From the NCBI GenBank assembly GCA_040954595.2, contig CM082583.2, forward strand, positions 6,570,849 through 6,634,848: a DNA stretch of 64,000 bases. The letters are read 5' to 3'. The DNA is from Balanoglossus misakiensis. Lineage: Eukaryota; Animalia; Hemichordata. The position numbers and the translations under genes are program-made. The notes beneath the pieces were generated by a model. That model saw only the letters and a program-made list of their open reading frames with translations, was not told the DNA's origin and did no database searches. Within the stretch, counting starts at the first letter, position 1. Each line of letters opens with the position of its first letter. This document shows, piece by piece, positions 57,501 through 64,000 of the stretch.

Positions 57501-59903
57501 CCACTTGACAACGAGGTCGCGATAGACCCTGTGATTTTCAAGCGCTTTAAATGTCTTCGGGAATGACTTTGATTGTAATCTGACTTTGTCACCGTGTTTC
57601 ACAAGATGATCTGAAATCAGATCGATGACCGACTGTAATGTTTCAGTTGAATACATTTCGCCGTCATCTTGGCGGACATTTTGGATGAAAGCCTCGAGAA
57701 CACAATCCAGTTCCTCGGGTGGGATTGTATGAAGTGGCCGTTTCTCATACGGCCTCTCGCGCTCCATCCAGTCCTGGTAGATTTTAAATGGCAGTGCCCA
57801 GTTGTCATGGGAACTATCTGAATCATCGGACTGACAGTTCTCATCCGGTGTATCATTGTGCATTGCACGTGAAAGCGGTGATGGCGATGTCATTTGTGGG
57901 GCGAGTTCTGAACTTTCAGAGTCTGTGGTATTAAGCGAACCTGGTCTTTCTGAACTTGAAGTGACCACTGCCTCAAGGTGTTCAGCGTGTACTGTGCCTG
58001 AATCAATATTGTCATCATTTGGAAGACATGAATGCCAGTAGTTACTGTTTTGGTTTGTCATAGACCCTGGGGGTCCATTTTGTTTGGATGTGTTTGGTGT
58101 TTGTGTCGGAGACGTTGATGTGTCCCCGAGAATCATTGCAACTGCGTCTGCTACCATAGTACTTGTGATAGTGGAATTGGTACAAGCTGATGATGGAAGA
58201 GAGACGGGATTTTCTTCCGTCTTTACCTTAGCTGTGAGTTGACTGCACTGGCAATGGCTATAGCTGTCTTGGTTATTATCATTACAACTTGGCAATGATT
58301 GTCTTCCTCTGCTTTCATCTCCAGGGCAATATTCTGCAGATAAATAGAAAATATCTTTGTACCTGTCAGATATTCTCCACATTATACAACTACTGCCATA
58401 ACATATGGTGTTCTCTATATACATATCTGAACAGTACGTGGAGTACATATACCAATATGGTTGATATGTTGTGTGCGGCGAAAGGCAAAAGCAAATGTCA
58501 TTGTTACTGTAACTGATCGGATAGTTAGGTAATCTTGGAAATAATTTGACGATTTCAAATTTTTAATAATCTGTCTTTGAGAAAGAGTTGACACTATGAA
58601 CATTTTAATTTACCTGAATTTTCTGTATCTGATTCAACTTCTTGTTTTATTTGCAGACCTGTTGGAGTTGGGCTGTATTTGTCTTCAGAGTACATCTCAT
58701 CTGTCATGGCTTCATTGAAACAGTCTGAAACTGCACATCTTACAAATGTCTTATCCCGGACCACCCCTTCATTGAAAAAAATGCAAAAAGATGTCAACAT
58801 TGAAAGTACATGGAAGGCTTTAGAACAGTAACCAGGAAAATGCACAACAGAAAAAATAATAAATGCTATTCCATTGAGTAACTCAATTGAAATAGGAATA
58901 GGCATAAGTACAAAATTTATTAGGTTTCTGTTCAGTTACCTACCAGATATGTCCTGATCAACTTCCTGCTTGAATCGTTTCCATGTTTCATATCTTCTCT
59001 CGGTGCTGCTTTCTCGCTTTAAAGTAACCGTCCTCTCACCAATTTCAAAGGCATTTTTGACTGCTGAAACATCACTGTCTGCTCGTAAATAGCATTTGAT
59101 TTTCCCCAAAAAGAAAGAAAACTACGCAAATTAGGGACTGGTCAGTTTCTTCGGCTAGGGGTAGGGGTGGATTCTATTTTGTTGATATCAAAAAGTGACT
59201 GACCCCCTCCCCCATTGAAAATGGAAAAGTGGGTACCCCCCGGTGGACCCTCCATCACCCAATTCCAAAACAGGGTGACCCCCTCCCCCCCCCCCCCAGC
59301 CTGAAGAAACTGACTAGTCCCTAAATATCTCAGGATGTTCAAGAAGTCTCCCAGAAAACATGTTGTGTGTTTGCCTGAATGGGACTTGGCTCCTTGTCTG
59401 AGCTTAAAGCCATATTAAGACACTCAGCACTTTTTATATGTGTCCCTCCATATAATAAAAACTTTCCTTGGTACTGTGCACGGCAAGGCTGCGAATACAT
59501 GTACGTATCAGCTACACATTTGATTGACGTGTGTACAGTGGTAATTGACTAATTCCAGGATTGGGTGAGTGGGCGTGGCCGGCAACAACACAGCCTTGCC
59601 ACTCATACATGTAGCTGCAGTATGCCACGCAGAGCTATTCTCTATGTAGCTGCAGTACCGTAGCTCGAGGTTTTTCCTGGTATTGTGTCTGGTTTTGCCG
59701 TGCACACAATACCTAGCAAAACATCGAGCTACGTTTATACTGCAAGTGTGCCATTGAAACATGATGAGCAAAGCAACGTGCGTTCACATATCACATCGCT
59801 ACTTACCAAATGACAGTTGCCTGCGACCCTCAGGCTTTGAGGAGATGGCCGTCGTTTCTTTTGAAAGAACGATTTTTCCATCTTTGACACACCAACTAGT
59901 CAT
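54579..59903 (-). CDS. Uncharacterised ~1359-aa protein with three tandem DUF3504 (Crypton tyrosine-recombinase-derived, KIAA1958/QRICH1/ZMYM-like) domains
   Basis: Exons 59903-59807, 59060 (or 59063)-58944, 58724-58614 and 58333-54579, all joined by phase-1 introns, 4080 nt. Three repeats show the pattern W..F..W / EL...L..F...V...DG..YS.ETL / E..L.....G...P..LL..VW / H....W.DV.L / E.CPV..YK.Y / PFYL / W[FY], which I recognise as the DUF3504 family. The three small 5' exons are less certain than the large exon. Confidence 0.8.
59131..59324. mobile_element. ~190-bp MITE (PIF/Harbinger-like GGG...CCC ends) in intron 1 of the DUF3504 gene
   Basis: TTAGGGACTGGTCAGTTTCTTC / GAAGAAACTGACTAGTCCCTAA, a 22-bp inverted repeat with one mismatch, and G-rich/C-rich subterminal tracts. 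The superfamily call is tentative. Confidence 0.75.
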
Positions 59904-60955
59904 GTCTTCCGATTATTAAAGAACAGAACCAACAACAACACAGTCCAAACTCCCCAGCCCGGATTACAATCCATCACACACAACAGTCGTCGATAGGGGG
60001 CGTTGTCTCAGGTCACGCAATCGAGGGTCGATTCAGGGAGAACACGGTGTGTAAGATGGGTGTGCATGTGTGATAGGGAGGGGGTTCCCCACCCTGTTTA
60101 TGACATTTGTCACGGGCTGGGTCAGTCTTTTTCATTGAGAGCAGCGAGAAACACAACAAAACCCACCCTGATCGCTATGGAACAATGAAGGAACAGCGTA
60201 TACATTACGCTCTACTACATACTGTACATTGTAGGCCTATCTCAAGGCCTATCTTGGCCCAGGCCCGGCCTACTCCAAGTTCAGCAAATATCGGTCGGAA
60301 CAACGATAAAAGCGTGGAGCTCGAGTCTTGTAACATGCCTGGGTAAAATGGGAGGCCGGCATGTTATTAAATTAGATGAAGTGAATGTAAATTTGATGAT
60401 GCGAATTGCGGGAGGAATCTGGTCGCAAAAGAGGGTACCTGCAAAAACTACTGGGCAGTTTCATGGCAAATTTCAAGCAGTGTTGTATGAATGACACATG
60501 TCAGTATCGGGCCTCTGGGGACGTGATATGTCGGATTCACGACACTACAACATTTTATGTTGACGTTTCTTCTATACAAAACCTGGAATCTGATGTGACT
60601 GCGAGGAGGAACCGTCATCTCATATTCGACGATGAACAAAAAAAAACTATACATGTACTGTGAAAAATAATTTGTCAAGATGTACAGTAATCATACTGAT
60701 TTCTGGCTTTGTGTACATGCGCAGTGACATGGGAACTCATATTGAGATCTAAAACAAACATAATTTATGAAAAGTAGCTCATTAATTCATAAAATTGACT
60801 ATTTATACAGGCTTACTGAAGCCTCGACACGATTGTGAAGTTCTCAGTTGACTGGTGCCGGTACGATCCAAGAAGTAATATTTTGTCTTCTCAAGGTCTC
60901 TCTGCTTTGCATCCTCTCATCAGCTACGCCCTTGACGACAGTAATCTCCAGCGCA

Positions 60956-63683
60956 ATGTCCGATACAAAATCGAACAGTGGATCCGAGGATCACGGAAGT
61001 GCAGATAAAACGGACACTCACATATACGAAGGTGTGAAGTTACCATGGACTTGCGTTCCTTCGACTCTGGATGCACTGAAAACCTTTGAAGTTAGAAGTG
61101 AAGATGTTTATCTCGTTACTTACCCTAAATCAGGTAAGCCTACGTATAGAGAAGTACCTGGTGATAAATCGATGGCTTAAGGGACACCTCTATAAGGACA
61201 GGGAAGGTAGCAAATTTCAATCAGTTTCACTTTTCCCACGATAGAGCGCAATGTATATTTTATGCGCAACACGAAAAGAAGTTGATGTGAATGTCGTTCC
61301 CGACCACTTCTGAATGATTTCGGCATTCATGGGCCATTTTTATGCATAGATTAGAACAGGGTGCCGGAAAAACATTTTGTGTGTGGACGCACTGTGATTT
61401 TTGTATTTTCGATTGGCTCGGGCTTTTGCAAGAATTGTGAAAGGTGTAATGTAAGCTTATGGTCTTTTGTGTCGCTTAAATGAAATTTCGTCATTAATAA
61501 AGTATTGATATGAAATATTCCCCCCAAAACAGGCACAACATGGATTCAGGAGCTGGTCTCTTTGATCAGTAACCATGGCGATATCGACGAAGTTGTAGAC
61601 ATTCCTGTAGATGCGAGGGCGCCCCATCTTGAGATCACCACTCCGTTTGATCGCCAGGGAAAGATGCTGGCACCACCCTCGTATTTGAATATCGAGACAA
61701 TGGACTCACCAAGGCTCATCAAAACACATTTACCCATGCACCTGCTACCGCGACAAGTCAAAGAAAAACGTCCAAGGGTAAGCGTGGGTTATGTAATACA
61801 TGTACATGTAGTAGGAAGCTTCCATTTACCACATAGGTTGGGCTAGACGAATTGAAAGAATGGCAAATTTCACAAACTTGTTAGCTGGGTTGGTCAGACT
61901 GTTTTACTTCAATTTTGCCTTTTCAAAATGGAACTACTATTTTTTAGGTTGGCACGACCCTGTCAACCCGGGGCGTGATTTGTAACACGACAGTTAAGAT
62001 AAATGTTTGCTATGGGACAGCATTTCCATGTATACTTTGCTATTTTCTTTCAGATAATCTATGTGGCGAGAAATCCTAAAGATTTAGTGGTTTCCCTTTT
62101 CCACTTCTACCGAATCAATCCCTTTTTGAAGACTTACACAGAATGGGAAGAATGCCTGGCAGATTTCTTGCGAGGAGACGGTGAGATGACATGCGCACTT
62201 GTTAGCGCTGAGATTTGTGAATCTACACGTGACTCAGACACCTTCGTAATCACACAGTCCTTGTCGGCTGATCATTTGCCGTTCAAGCAGGCGAAATGTC
62301 GTCGTTTTTTTAAATCGAAATACATCAACGTTATATCTTAAATGTTATCGTGTATCATGTGTTGCATCTGTGAGGTGACATCCTTAACTAAACTTATAAA
62401 CTTTACTAAACCCGCAGTAATATATGGCAAGTGGTCGGATCACGTGATTTCGTGGTGGAAAGACAGAAACAACGACAATATACTATTCCTGAAATACGAA
62501 GATATGAAAAAGGTAAAAAAAACCACTACAAATGCTTTATCGTTGTATTCTGGCGCTTTCTGTTTTATCGCAAAAATAAAAACATAGTATCTGGCCAGTA
62601 CGGGGCTCGAACCCGCGACATTCGCGTTATTAGCACGACGCTCTAACCAACTGAGCTAACCGGCCGACGAAGGTAAGCGGACGCAGTGTCATTTGTGCCC
62701 AAAACGTTTGTCCGCCGTGTTGACGTCTTTCATTCACGCGACTTCCTTTTTTTCTGGAAAACAATATATTTTTCGTTTGATTAAGATTTTCATATTTCAC
62801 GCGCAATGCTCACGACTTCTTTGCAGGACTTAAAGGCTGCCGCTCAAGAAATATCACGCTTTCTTGGCAAAGATCTTGACGACGCGGCGATCGACCGAGT
62901 GGTGGAACACTGCAGTTTTGACAGCATGAAGAAGAACCCGATGACAGTGAAGACGTTCCTGTGTGCCGCTTTGGATATCGACCCCAATACTGACTCACCG
63001 TTTGTACGCAAAGGTAATCACGGGACTAGACTAGCCCAGAGTACACGTATAAAGTCATGGGATTGGCGTTGGTTGACGGTAACCCTAACCTAGAAGCCCA
63101 GTCCCGAATTCGAAACTCAGCTGAGTGCCGAAAACTCGCTCAAAGCAAGCAAATCCACGAAAAGGATTGGAAATCTTAGACAAAAAATCACCAAGCGACT
63201 AATGGGCTTGTCTAGCACGGGACGTAAACGTAGGCTTATATTCTGGGAGCGCTTCGCCGAAGTAAACGTGAAGTTTATTATGGTTCTCATTTCTGCAACA
63301 ACGGTAAAGTTCGGTGGCATGAAGCAAGACGCAACGAGATACTAGTACATCCTTTTTGTAGCCCACGAGCTTTAGTTCAACTCCTCCCAAGAATATATAA
63401 CATCGCAACAATTCATTTATGATGATTCTTACATACTGAAGAAACGAAAAAAAACATGACAGAAAAATAAGGAGAACTATTTTTACACTAGAATTTCGTA
63501 ATTTGTGAATCACTCTCACTGACCAACACGAGAACACTCTGTATTAATCACGGCCTTTATTGTTTTACAGGAAAAGTGGGTGGTTGGAAAGACCAATTTA
63601 CTGTGGCCCAAAACGAGGACTTTGATCAAGTTTATCGGAAATGGATGAAGGGATCTGAACTGACCTTCGATTTCGACTTTTAG
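60956..63683 (+). CDS. Cytosolic PAPS-dependent sulfotransferase (SULT1-like), ~314 aa
   Basis: Exons 60956-61133, 61533-61777, 62054-62180, 62418-62512, 62827-63013 and 63571-63683 total 945 nt in frame. Motifs: [43 protein letters not shown] and the dimerisation motif [10 protein letters not shown]. Confidence 0.95.
62592..62665 (-). tRNA. tRNA-Ile, anticodon AAT
   Basis: GGCCGGTTAGCTCAGTTGGTTAGAGCGTCGTGCTAATAACGCGAATGTCGCGGGTTCGAGCCCCGTACTGGCCA. All four stems pair, the A and B boxes are intact, the anticodon is at 62631-62629, and a T5 Pol III terminator lies at 62582-62578. Confidence 0.96.
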
Positions 63684-64000
63684 TAGTTCGGCTCGAGAAA
63701 AGTACTCCTTGATAGATCAACTTCCATGCAGAAGTGGAATTCCAATCATATTGGTGCAAATAAACTTAGTAGTAAGAGTTTAATCGCTGAAAAAAATCCA
63801 TGTTAGCGTTTTCTTTTGTTTTTCATGATGCTTCGGTCCGAGTAAGTGTACTGAGATCATAAATCAGCACTTATATAAACGCAAATTTAGCCACATTCAC
63901 TATTGAGATAGATACGATTGAGAACAAGCCGACTGCATATCTGCACTTGGGATCAAACGTATCAGGAACTATTTCTTTAACTCTACAAAATGTCACGCGT

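Noticed and set aside
54579-58333. Active Crypton transposon or integrase
   Set aside because: The catalytic Arg, HxxR and Tyr are not present, the domain is triplicated, the ORF is spliced to host-like exons, and no element boundaries were seen.
58334-58448. N-terminal extension MYSTYCSDM... of the 1289-aa ORF
   Set aside because: It lies upstream of a good acceptor (tttatctgcag, 58334) that is in phase with three upstream exons, so it is most likely intron read-through.
63080-63092. TAACCCTAACCT telomere-like sequence
   Set aside because: Fewer than two full units, which is not enough to call an interstitial telomere.

Overview
AT-rich, intron-rich animal genomic DNA. An invertebrate deuterostome such as a hemichordate is a guess from protein similarity and repeat content; the sequence does not prove it. 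Five spliced genes could be reconstructed by hand with consistent GT-AG sites and phases: (1) the 5' part of a DAPK1-like kinase on - (44472 to beyond base 1); (2) AMACR on - (45817-47852); (3) MORF4L1/MRG15 on + (48611-53526); (4) a ~1359-aa gene on - (54579-59903) with three tandem, apparently catalytically dead Crypton/DUF3504 tyrosine-recombinase-like domains; (5) a cytosolic sulfotransferase on + (60956-63683) with an antisense tRNA-Ile(AAT) in intron 4. The window also holds several MITE-like elements, putative transposon footprints and microsatellites. The most notable observations are the triple-DUF3504 gene, a 14.8-kb DAPK intron with a candidate terminal exon (DAPK2-like short kinase) and candidate internal first exons (kinase-less isoform), a candidate microexon inside the MRG15 chromodomain, and an AMACR lacking PTS1. 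All isoform claims are sequence-only predictions.
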